The notes beneath the pieces were generated by a model, which was given only the letters and a program-made list of their open reading frames with translations, was not told the DNA's origin and did not search any database. From Macrostomum lignano (Eukaryota): a stretch of 64,000 bases of DNA. Positions 54,801 through 64,000 of the stretch are shown in pieces. The first letter of the stretch is position 1; each line of letters opens with the position of its first letter. Both the position numbers and the translations under genes were made by a program. The DNA is taken from positions 248,001-312,000 of the forward strand of contig NIVC01001024.1 of NCBI GenBank assembly GCA_002269645.1, read 5' to 3'.

Positions 54801-55876
54801 TCTCCTTTGTGACGCTAAAATCTCCCTCGTGGCGCAAAAATCTCCCTCGTGGCGCTAAAATCTTCATCGTGACGCTAAAATCTCCATCGTGACGCTAAAC
54901 TCTTCCTTGTGACGCTAAAATCTCCATCGTGACGCTAAAATCTCCCTCGTGGCGCTAAAATCTCCCTCGTGGCGCTAAAATCTCCTTTGTAAAGCTAAAA
55001 TCTCCCTCGTGGCGCAAAAATTTTTTTGTGGCGCTAAAATCTCCCTCGTGGCGCTAAAATCTCTATTAAGGAGCTAAAATCTCCATCGTGACGCTAAAAT
55101 CTCCCTTGTGGCGCTAAAATCTCCCTTGTGACGCTAAAATCTCTTATTGTGGCTGTTTTGTATTATTGACCTTGGGTCAAACTTAATAAAAAAGCCTCGC
55201 AACTAAAACAAAAACAATACAAAGCAGCCTTCAAAACGCACCGATAGTCTGGCTGATTCTCGCACGCAATGACCTCTGGCGACATCCAGAATGGACTGCC
55301 AATCGCTGTGTTCCGTTTCTCCCCGACCTCCTTCAGATGAGCGCTAACCCCGAAGTCGCTAAGCAGTACCCGGCCATCTTTAGTTAGCAACACATTGGCA
55401 CATTTCACGTCGCGATGAATGATGCGATTGGAGTGAAGGAAAGCCAAGCCAGAGAGTGCACTGCCGGCAATGTGGGCAACTACAGGCTCGGGTACTGCAA
55501 GTGAGTTTGCCGAATGATACTTGCTAAGAGAGGCAACACTGCCGCCCTCACACAGCTCCATAGCCAGCCAAATAGTCTGATGAGCGCTGCTTCGATCAAG
55601 GTACAAACCATAGAATCTTGGCAGATTTGGATGATCAACAAACTGAGTGAGGACTCGAACTTCGGCCCGCAGCTCTTCTACAATATCCTGACCGTCGTTC
55701 ATGATTTTCACGGCGCAGATGCGACCGCTGGTTTTCATTCTGGCCCGTCTGACAACGCCATAGGTGCCACGGCCAATGTATTCGGCAATCTCAAATACAG
55801 AGAGGGGGTCGGCTTTTTGAATTGTGAGACCTGGCAGAGATAATTGCTGCTGTTGTTGTTGGTTCTGTCTATCCAT
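40051..55876 (-). CDS. MYO3: Class III myosin (MYO3/NINAC-like: STE20-type kinase, motor, IQ motifs, tail), ~1540 aa. Exons: 55876-55242, 54269-53866, 53394-52961, 52249-51943, ~51674-51091, 50593-49970, 48800-48414, 46615-46017, 44371-44306, 43030-42959, 41986-41590, 40164-40051
   Basis: Kinase motifs GRGTYG, AVK, HRDVK, DFG and GSPFWMSPE. Motor motifs [41 protein letters not shown] and QLRYTG. IQ-like motifs CQAAARRWL and [11 protein letters not shown]. The exon phases chain into one ORF. The exon-5 acceptor and the four small tail exons are less certain. Confidence 0.88.
40360..40830. repeat. (TATC)n microsatellite in the last myosin intron
   Basis: Directly visible. Confidence 0.95.
41215..41453 (+). 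mobile_element. SINE family B (Meta/CORE-type domain)
   Basis: B-box GTTCGACTCCC, then TTGTGTCCTTGAGCAAGACACTTAACTCTGCATTGCTTCAGTTCACCCAGCTGTAAAATGGGTGCCAGC, then tail GTGTAATAAAAAA. Homologous to 12410-12720. Confidence 0.7.
42225..42830. repeat. 39-bp G-rich minisatellite (GGGGTGGTGGGGCAGATTAGAAAATCGATAATC...)
   Basis: Directly visible, with a 13-aa period in the pseudo-ORFs. Confidence 0.93.
43500..44065. repeat. Compound (TATC)n grading into (TCTG)n microsatellite
   Basis: Directly visible. Confidence 0.95.
44595..45870. repeat. 30-bp minisatellite, ~42 copies (CTGGGATGCCAAGACTCACAGGGGGAATCG)
   Basis: Two units per 60-nt line and highly homogeneous. It explains the [10 protein letters not shown] pseudo-ORFs. 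Confidence 0.97.
46780..47565. repeat. ~33-34-bp minisatellite (AAAATCAGACTGAGAATCTCACCCTTAGAAACC)
   Basis: Directly visible in myosin intron 7. Confidence 0.92.
48820..49890. repeat. 23-bp minisatellite with a TTAGGG core (GAGCGATTCTTAGGGGAGGTTTA)
   Basis: Roughly 45 units fill myosin intron 6 almost from donor to acceptor. Confidence 0.95.
50690..51010. repeat. ~20-bp degenerate minisatellite (GATCTAGGGTGAGATTAGA) in myosin intron 5
   Basis: Directly visible. Confidence 0.85.
51730..51900. repeat. (TCTG)n microsatellite in myosin intron 4
   Basis: Directly visible. Confidence 0.93.
52375..53640. repeat. Two (GGTA)n-based arrays flanking myosin exon 3 (52375-52800 and 53400-53640)
   Basis: Directly visible. 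Confidence 0.9.
54430..55140. repeat. ~20-bp minisatellite (GTAACGCTAAAATCTCCTTT) in myosin intron 1
   Basis: Directly visible. Confidence 0.93.
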
Positions 55877-56588
55877 GTTCTGCTTTTTGTTGCTTTAGGA
55901 ATAGTTGAATATATTTATTACAGAATGTAGACCATTTTGACAGTCAGAAAGTGAAAGAAACAAACTTTAAAATGGAATAAATTAAGTTCAGACAATAATG
56001 ATAACTTGATATTGTAATAGGGCATTATTTTAGGAACAGGAATTAGTCACGGGACGAACACGCTTTTACCCTACTATCAGTAGTTTTAACCCGGGGAAGT
56101 AATTAACTATTGCAATATGGTAATGAAACAAGTGTCATTTTAAACAAACTATCACTAAAATCTAAAATAAAATATTGAAATATTCTGTATTTCTTTTTTC
56201 TTATAACATTCCATATTCAATAACTTAAGTTGTTGAGAACCATGTCAGTCTATTGAGTCAAGCAGTTATATATATTTTTATTTTTCTATTATAACTTAAA
56301 CTGAGTAAAAGCAGGATACTTTTGAGTTATTCCCAAACTCTATTTTACACAACAATGTGCCTGTTTAAATAACCTGTGGTTACATTTAATTTTAATCTCA
56401 AGTCCCTGGGAATGTGCAGTTTCTTTCCTAGATTACATATGTCTGCTAATGTAGAAAAACCATTTAAACATCACTATTAAACTATATACCCCAAACAGAC
56501 TTGAAGTACTTCTTAAAATAACTTAACCAACTTAACTTGATCAATAAAATATTTTAAGAAAAGGTATATCATTATACATGGCTTTTAG

Positions 56589-56752
56589 CAGGGGCGTAGC
56601 CAGGAATTTCCTACAGGGGAGAGATACACCAAGGTAAAAGTGCCATGACAGAGTCACGTGGTAGCATGTATAGCAACAAAGGGCAACAAAAAAGTTTTGG
56701 TCAAGCTCTTTGGGGGGATATATCCCCCCTATCCCCCCTCTCTATGCCCCTG
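56589..56752. mobile_element. hAT-type MITE, 164 bp
   Basis: TIRs CAGGGGCGTAG / CTATGCCCCTG, a perfect 8-bp TSD GCTTTTAG (56581-56588 and 56753-56760), and a subterminal hairpin GGGGGATATATCCCCC. Confidence 0.85.
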
Positions 56753-58868
56753 GCTTTTAGACATTTTTTCTTATATCTATTTGAACTTAAAGGTTCAAAA
56801 GATACATAGTTTCAGAAAACATAAGTTATTAATATTTTTTTTAAATTCAAGCAAAGATCTTTGGCAAAATTGGATATGACAAAGGATATGATATGACAAT
56901 GAGGTTGCAAACAGTTGCTATTATGATCTTAGCATACAGCATATAGCATTTGTTTTAGATAGCAAAGTCACTACAAAGTAATGATAAACCTAACCTAGCA
57001 TCAAATCAAGCTATCAAATCTCCACAGAGTGCAGAGTTCTTGTATCTTATTTATTTTGCTCAGCCCAGAGTCTCCCTTATTGAAGATCAAGGTCTGAGCT
57101 AGCTAGTGGTAGCAACTACTAATGCTATTAGAAAATTTTCAAACTGAGTCAGTAGTAACTCAAGGTCACCCAATAGACCCAATAAGAAGGCCTTTACTTT
57201 ACTGGTGAAGCAGTGATGAGATTCAACCTTCCAGTAGTACTTAAAGCCTCTGGAGGTGTAGCCAAGAGATGGACTGATCACAACACTAGCAAATTAGGCA
57301 AGTGCACTTAAGTGTAAGCTAGTGCCATATGGTGAATGCCAATTGAGTAAGCCTGCTTCAAATGCATCTGTATCTGTTGCTTTGTTTTTGTCTATCCCTG
57401 CATTATCCCCTTCTTTTGATGCTTTGCCTATGGTACCAATCCCAGCTCCATTGCTATGCACTACTCAGGTGGGTCTTTAGAACCTATAGGCTTAGGTAGG
57501 CAAGTTAAGGAATGTAGGCCACCTAAAATGCTTTTTATTTGTGATCCTAGGGCCAAAACTTATATTAGTCGCATTGCCTATGTATGCATAAAATTAACTT
57601 ATTTTAGTGCAAAAATGCACAAATGCTCCTCTAAATGTATTGGGTGCTCTAGCTCTCAAATTGAAAATTGAAAAAATTGAAAGCAGTGGTGGCTAGGTCC
57701 CTATCACACAGGTATATCCTAGGCTGCAGCTAGGCCAACTACCACAATAACTTTTGCCTTTGCTAATCCTTGGTCACAATTTGCCCTTCCCACTGGAGCA
57801 ATAGGCGCATGCATCATAGCCCTACCAGCCTCTGCCATTGCCAAGGTTAGAGATTGGCAGCCACTGCTCCCATTGAGGTTGTAGACCTCACCCTTGACTC
57901 CCCGGAAGGTGCAATGACTACTTTATAAATGATAGCATATAGGCCAGTAGCAAGATCATCAAAAGCCTAACTTTGGCTTATTAGCCATACATGAGCAATT
58001 CCTAGCCTGGCAAGCCCAAGTGAATCAAATGGCAGGTGGCACCCCAAGGATAGGCTGCTTGAAACAGCCTCTAGCTAAAACTGCTTAAGGATTTGCTGAG
58101 CTAGAAGTGCCCAATCTAAGCATTAGCATGATGCCTTTGGATAGACCTGGCCTTGAGAGACTTATTGCACCACCAACACTAACAGTGCTGCTATTTAGAG
58201 AGCCAACCAAAAGCTATTCTGCCACACTTAAAGAGTCTATAAGCATTGCCACTTATATATCTGATGGCTACCTCTGAGTTGGTTACAGAAGTCTGCATTT
58301 TTTTCATTTCATTCTCTTATTATCAGCCTCTCTTATTTGCTACTGAATTTTATCTATCAACTATTCACCTGAGTCTATCCAAATAACAATAGCCAAGTTA
58401 ACAAAATACTCAAACAGATCCCACAATCCCACACTAAGCTTGATAGGACCTACTAACAAGGTGTACACTATTTAATTTGTCAAATTTGCATAGTGTTAGT
58501 TCCTGCCTCTTATTTATTTTGCTCTACTAGGAGCATTCTTTATTGAATATCAAGCCCTAAACAAGCTAGTAGTAGCAACTACTTATGCTACTAGTAGGCT
58601 TCCAAGAAGAATCAGCTAGAAACTTAAGATAGAGATTTTGAGGTACTAGGTCATTTAAGAGATTAGAAAAAATTAAACATTAGTTCTGTAAGAGGCGTGA
58701 ATGTTTTCGCTGTTGTGTGGTTGTTATTGGGTCGGAGTTATTCATCTGCAAATAATCGCGATGTACATTGATTGATGTACATTGCAAATATATAAATCGT
58801 TGCGCGTGGCTTTAGCCACTTCGTGTGTTTTTGGTCTCGCTTAACTCTCGCCTTCTCTCAGTTTACAT

Positions 58869-58880
58869 TGGTGGCAGCGG
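58869..58880 (+). promoter_or_regulatory. Primer-binding site complementary to the tRNA-Leu (AAG/UAG-type) 3' end
   Basis: TGGTGGCAGCGG begins 2 nt after the 5' LTR. Recalled eukaryotic tRNA-Leu ends ...CCCACCGCTGCCA-CCA. Confidence 0.8.
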
Positions 58881-58904
58881 CCTCAGTTGCAAACCGGCTC
58901 ACTC

Positions 58905-59745
58905 ATGGCGCACGCAAATGCACTTTTACCGCCAAAGTTTTTTGGCTCAGATGATACCAATATCAACATGTGGCTGCAGATGTTTGAGGACTTTGCAGCA
59001 GATTCTGAGTGGAACGACACCAAGATGGCATCCAAGATCAAGCTGCTTCTATCAGGTGAAGCCCTTGTGTTCGTCTGGGACCTGCCAGCGGCCAAACAGA
59101 GCAGCTACAAGATCTTAAAGGACGAACTCGTCAAGTTCTACAGAGGCAAGGATAACACTTTTCGCGCTGTCTGAGTTCGAGAGCCAGAAGCGACGCCAAG
59201 GAGAGTCGCTGAGGGAGCTGTGCTACGCACTCAAGCTTCTGTATCAAAAGGCACGCCCGGAGCACGCTCAAACGGTGAGAGATTGCGAAGTGCGACACCG
59301 ACTGCTAGCTCTGCTGCCGACAGAGATCTGTGAGGCTCTGTTGAAAGCTTCGGATTATGACAGCAGCAGTCCTAAACAGCTGGCAGACCGCGCCACAGCC
59401 CTGGAGAGCATCGGCAACAAAGGAGCCCCGGTAAGCGTCGTAGTGACATCGGTGAGCAGCCAAGTGACTGACTGGCTAGAGCAAATGCAAGAGCAGTTGG
59501 CGGATCTGGCTGCGACGGTTGCCACCATTGGCAGCCACGGAGGACAGCGCAGTGGGAGAAGGAATGCAGCTCGTGGAAGAGGCAGCACCTGTGGAAAATG
59601 CTTCAACTGCGCTCAGCCCGGTCATTTTGCTGCTCAGTGTCCAGGCAAGCAAGTCGCTCCAGCTGTGCCATCTGTGTGCAGCCGCTGCTCAGGCAGAGGA
59701 CACCGGGCCGAGGTCTGCCCGACTCCGGCTTCGGGAAACTTCTGA
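58905..59745 (+). pseudogene. gag: Gypsy gag with two CCHC zinc knuckles, frameshifted near 59160
   Basis: MAHANALLPPKF...WLQMFE... then, in a shifted frame, ALSEFESQKRRQGESL...CFNCAQPGHFAAQC...CSRCSGRGHRAEVC. Confidence 0.88.
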
Positions 59746-62700
59746 GGACTGGTGAGTGTGGGCCATCACCAGCCCTGCCTAGCAAGGCCCAAACCATCTC
59801 AATATTTCTGCCCGGCAGCATTGCTGGCCGGCCCTGCAGGTGGCTGTTTGACACTGGCGCACAGGTAACTTTAGTTTCAGCTGCGCTGCTTCAAGTTCTA
59901 GGAGTCAATGCTCAGCTTCATCCTCCTATCAGCACTCCGGTCGGAATCGATGGTCGACACTTGGAGTCTCTGGCGAGTGCAACGCTAGCGATACAGCTAG
60001 AGGGACTGCCATCCGTGGAGCACTAGGTAATGGTGGTTGCCAGGATTCAGCCAGAATACGTGCTTGGTATGGACGCCATCGGGAAAATGTGCTCAAGTTT
60101 TAGCGTCAATCTCCCGGCGTCTTCTGTCCAGCTGGGGTCAACCAGGATCTCGATCTTGCCGGACAGGAGCTCCTCGCAGGCCTGCCGAGTGGTGCCCACC
60201 GCCGTGATTGCCAGAATTGGTAGCACCGTGTCCATTCCAGCCCGCAGCCGCGTCATCATCCTAGTCAAAGTGCCATCGTCTGTCGAGCAGGGTCTATTCG
60301 AGCCTAGCTCAGATTTTATTGACAAGACTGGCCTGCTGCCAAACAGGGCTTGGGTGGTCTCCAGCGTAGACGGAAATCTCCCAGTGGGCGTCTGCAACGT
60401 GAGTGCCGACCTGGTGGTGCTCTACCAGAACCAGGCAATCGGCAACTTCGACGCTGCAGAAGTAAACGGAGCAGATGGTGAACCTGGTGAAGAGGAAGCT
60501 GGCTTTAACATCAACCCGGAGCTGAGCGAGTCGCAGCGCGAGCGCATCAAATCCTTGCTGTGCCAGGCAGAGCAGGCATTCGCCAGGCACGAGTTTGACC
60601 TGGGAACAACACACCTGCTGCAACACGAGATTAATCTGGAACCCGGCAGTCGCCCCATCAAGCATAGGCAACGGACCATTCCCCTGAATTACTGGCAGCA
60701 AGTGGACGAGAAAATTAGCGAGATGCGGCGTCACGGGATTATCGAGCTATCCTGCAGTCCATGGGCGAGTAATCTGCTTGTGGTGCAAAAGAAAAACAAC
60801 GAGATTCGAATCTGCACCGACTAGAGAGCCCTCAACTCGTGCACCGTGAAGGACGCCTACCCGCTGCCTCCACTGTCTGCTGCGCTGGACGCGCTCACTG
60901 GAAGCAGTTGGTTCAGCACTCTTGACCTCCGCCAAGGGTTCCTGCAGGTTGAGCTGCGAGAGCAAGACCAGGAGAAGACCGCTTTCTACACCATGCAGGG
61001 CCTGATGCAGTACACGAAACTCGGGTTCGGCCTCTGCAACGCCCCGGCAACCTTTCAGCGCCTGATGGACCTAACGATGGCCGGCCTGAACTGGACAGAG
61101 GTGCTCACGTACATGGACGATCTGATTCTGTTTAGTCAGACCTTTGAGAAGCATGCGGAAACACTGGAATAGGTCCTAGGAAGACTGCAGTCTGCCGGCC
61201 TCAAATTGAACAAACGCAAGAGCTACTTCTGCTTCCAGGAGGTTGAGTACCTAGGACACAAAATCTCGGCAGAAGGCATTTGACCAACTCAGGACAAGGT
61301 CAGCGCTATCCAGTCCATCCCGATACCCAAATGCGCTGAGGATGTTCGCCGGCTTGTCGGCATGCTGGGCTTCTACCGGCGTTTTGTTCCGCACTTCGCC
61401 AGCATCGCTAATCCGCTTCATCAGGCGACTCAGAAGAGTTAACAGTTTCAATGGACAACTCAGTGCGATGATGCTCTGCAGAAGCTGAAGTCAGCTCTGT
61501 CGACACCACCCGTACTGAAGCCGCCTGACTTCTCCAAGGGATTCCAGTTGTGCTGTGACAGCAGCGGAGTGGCCGTCGCCGGCGTCCTGAGCCAGCTCCA
61601 CGAAGATGCCGAGTGTCCAGTAGCCTACACGTCGAGAGTCCTGAACAAAGCGGAGCGCAATTATTCGACTACCCACAGAGAGCTTCTTGCGGTGGTCTGG
61701 GCGATGAAGCATTTCCGGAACTACTTGGCGTCCACTGGCGAAATTCTCGTCTTCACCGACCACAAGCCGTTGCAAGGGCTGCTTAACACCAAGGAGCCAG
61801 AAGGCCGGCTAGCCAGATGAATTACGTTTCTGCAGGAGATCAACTTCAAGCTGCTTTTCAGACCTGGTCGCGAAAACATGGTTGCGGACACACTGAGCCG
61901 AGCAGCGGCGACCCAGCTGCACCCTGCCTGGTTGGACAACGACATCCGTGTAGTGTAGGCTGACGACCCAGTGCTAGCGGCGGCTCGACAAGTGCTCCTC
62001 GGACAAAGGCCAAGACGTGGCAAGGCTGCAGATGACGCAGAACACCTGGTGAGGACAGAGAAGCTAGACCTTGGTGAAGATGGCGTCCTCAAGAAGAGTG
62101 GCCAACCCGTCATCCTGCGGCAGCTTCGCCAGGACCTGCTGCAGCTGCTGCACGACGATCCTGCAAGCGGGCACCTCGGAACCGAAAGGACGCTGGCCAG
62201 AGTTGTCAGCAGAGCTTGGTGGCCCGGCCTAAAGGACGACGTCCAGCACTGGGTGAGAAGCTACGAAGTGTGTCAGCGTTGCAAGGTACCGCATCAGCAC
62301 CAGAGGGCACCGCTGCAGATCAACACCGTGCCATCAGCTCCTTGGGAGATGGTGCAGGTGGACATCAAAGGGCCCCTCCCAGAGACTGAAGCCAGCCTCA
62401 GGTACATCATCTGCTTCACGGACGTGTTTTCCAAGTGGGTTGAGGCGACCGCGGTGTCCAACATTGAGGCCCGGATGGTTGCGGATGTGCTGCTAAGGAG
62501 TGTCGTTCTTCGCCACAGAGCGCCCGAAGTCATCCACTCCGATCAGGGTCGTCAGTTTGAAAGTGACATCTTCCAAGAGCTGTGCCGCCTGCTGGATATT
62601 CGCAAGACAAGAACGACACCCATCCCAGCGGCAACCCTGCAGTTGAGCGGTTCAACCGAACATTAGGCGACATGCTGGCGGCGTACTGCATGGAACAGCA

Positions 62701-63352
62701 GAACAAATGGGCGGACTTCCTGCCGTACGTCATCTGGGTGTACAACTCTTCAGCACACTGCACCACCAAGAGGTCGCCCTACACAGTGCTTCACGGACGT
62801 GAACCCAGGATCCCGGCAGAGCTCAGTTTACCTGCAGGCAGTGAAAGAAGGCTCGTCACGGACACGCTGGCAGATGCTCGCACCGGCTTGCAGCTCGTGT
62901 GGCAGCGCCTGCAGTCGACACAGTGGTCACAGAAGCAGCAGTACGACAAGCGCCAGCACTTCACGCCGATCCAAGTCGGGCAGCTGGTGATGCTCAGCAA
63001 CCTGGCGGTGTTGAAGGGCCAGTCCAAGGCTCTCCATCGGCGGTGGCTGGGACCATACCGTGTGCTCGAGAGGCTGGGCCCCGTCACCTACCGGATCTCA
63101 AAACCCGCCAGCCGGAGACAAAGCACGGCGGTGCATCACAACCGGCTCAAGCTGTTCGTGCGCAGGCGGCCGCAGCCCGCTTCCTGGCAGTCCGCCCCGA
63201 CTCTGCCCGCTGCAGAGGCCAGCCGACCGCCTAGCCTGGCTGTCGATCTGCGGCTGACCTGGACGGACTTGCTGGATGAGCCGACTGCAGTCGGCCCTCG
63301 GCATTCTGCAAGGACTCGAAGACCGCCTGATTTTTATGCTGCACAAAACTAG
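59733..63352 (+). pseudogene. pol: Gypsy pol (PR, RT, RNase H, IN), disabled
   Basis: Motifs FDTGA, KDAYPLP, YMDD, CDSS/ELLAV/TDHKPL, VDIKGP/HSDQG/AVERFN and GPY. In-frame stops lie at 60024, 60822, 61170, 61281, 61440, 61818 and 61956, and a ~4-nt deletion disrupts TTPYHP near 62620. A slippery heptamer G GGA AAC is at 59733. Confidence 0.93.
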
Positions 63353-64000
63353 TTTACTGGTTCATTTTTGCTATTCGTGCATTTTTAATTCTCATGGTTT
63401 TACTGCCTCTTTTGTCTTTTTGCAGTTTTTTTATTATCCTCAATTTAGGGAAGGAGTGATATAAGAGGCGTGAATGTTTTCACTGTTGTGTGGTTGTTAT
63501 TGGGTCAGAGTTATTCATCTGCAAATAATCGCGATGTACATTGATTGATGTACATTGCAAATATATAAATTGTTGCGCGTGGCTTTAGCCACTTCGTGTG
63601 TTTTTGGTCTCGCTTAACTCTTGCCTTCTCTCAGTTTACAGTTCGAATCAAATTTATGCAATTGCAATATGGATTTGAGCACACTGATTCTAATATAATT
63701 TGCATAACAAGAGCATTAAGCCTTTTCAGAGATTTTATGACTAATATTTTTATGGCAATATATTTCAAAGCACTAACACTTTTAGTCAACTGTAGTTGTC
63801 ATGGAAGTGTGCACATTGTGCAGGTTTAGAGTCCAAGAGCATCAACAGGGAGTCCTATGTGATAGATACAACTTTTGGCATCACCGAAGTTGCTTGACTA
63901 GAAATGCAGCCATTTCTTTGGCACAGTATAAGCAATGAAAATGCAGAATTTGTTTCAATGGAAATGTCCTAGCAATGAGACAACCAATCCCAATTACATT

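Larger units (their letters stand above)
58687..63640 (+). mobile_element. Full-length, inactivated Ty3/Gypsy LTR retrotransposon (~4.95 kb)
   Basis: 181-bp LTRs at 58687-58867 and 63460-63640 (5 mismatches), 4-bp TSD GTTC, PBS TGGTGGCAGCGG, PPT AGGGAAGGAGTGA, and domain order gag-PR-RT-RH-IN. Confidence 0.97.

Noticed and set aside
59355-63346. Antisense and alternative-frame ORFs over the Gypsy element and over the exons of KYNU, ERGIC2 and myosin
   Set aside because: They are shadow ORFs of GC-rich coding sequence with no recognisable motifs.

Overview
Eukaryotic (animal) genomic DNA, rich in repeats, with GC-rich exons and introns filled by tandem repeats. The style resembles Macrostomum-like flatworm assemblies, but that is inference only. 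The left half (1-26300) is a tandem segmental duplication of a convergent gene pair: an Lst2/ZFYVE28-like gene (+) with two FYVE domains, and ERGIC2 (-). The damage is reciprocal: copy 1 keeps Lst2 but has lost the ERGIC2 exon-2 acceptor, while copy 2 keeps a complete ERGIC2 but has lost Lst2 exon 2. A further 2.75-kb tandem duplication lies inside copy 2, and all three junctions carry templated filler DNA. The right half holds an intact 4-exon kynureninase (KYNU, -), a ~12-exon class III myosin (kinase-motor fusion, -) and a complete but inactivated Ty3/Gypsy element (181-bp LTRs, GTTC target duplication, tRNA-Leu primer site). Scattered through the window are tRNA-derived SINEs, Tc1/mariner and hAT MITEs, a 696-bp foldback element, a decayed hAT transposase, LTR-like solo elements and about 20 micro/minisatellite arrays. 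Most long ORFs in the supplied track are artefacts of these repeats. All coordinates and protein identities were read and recalled by eye, not from database searches.
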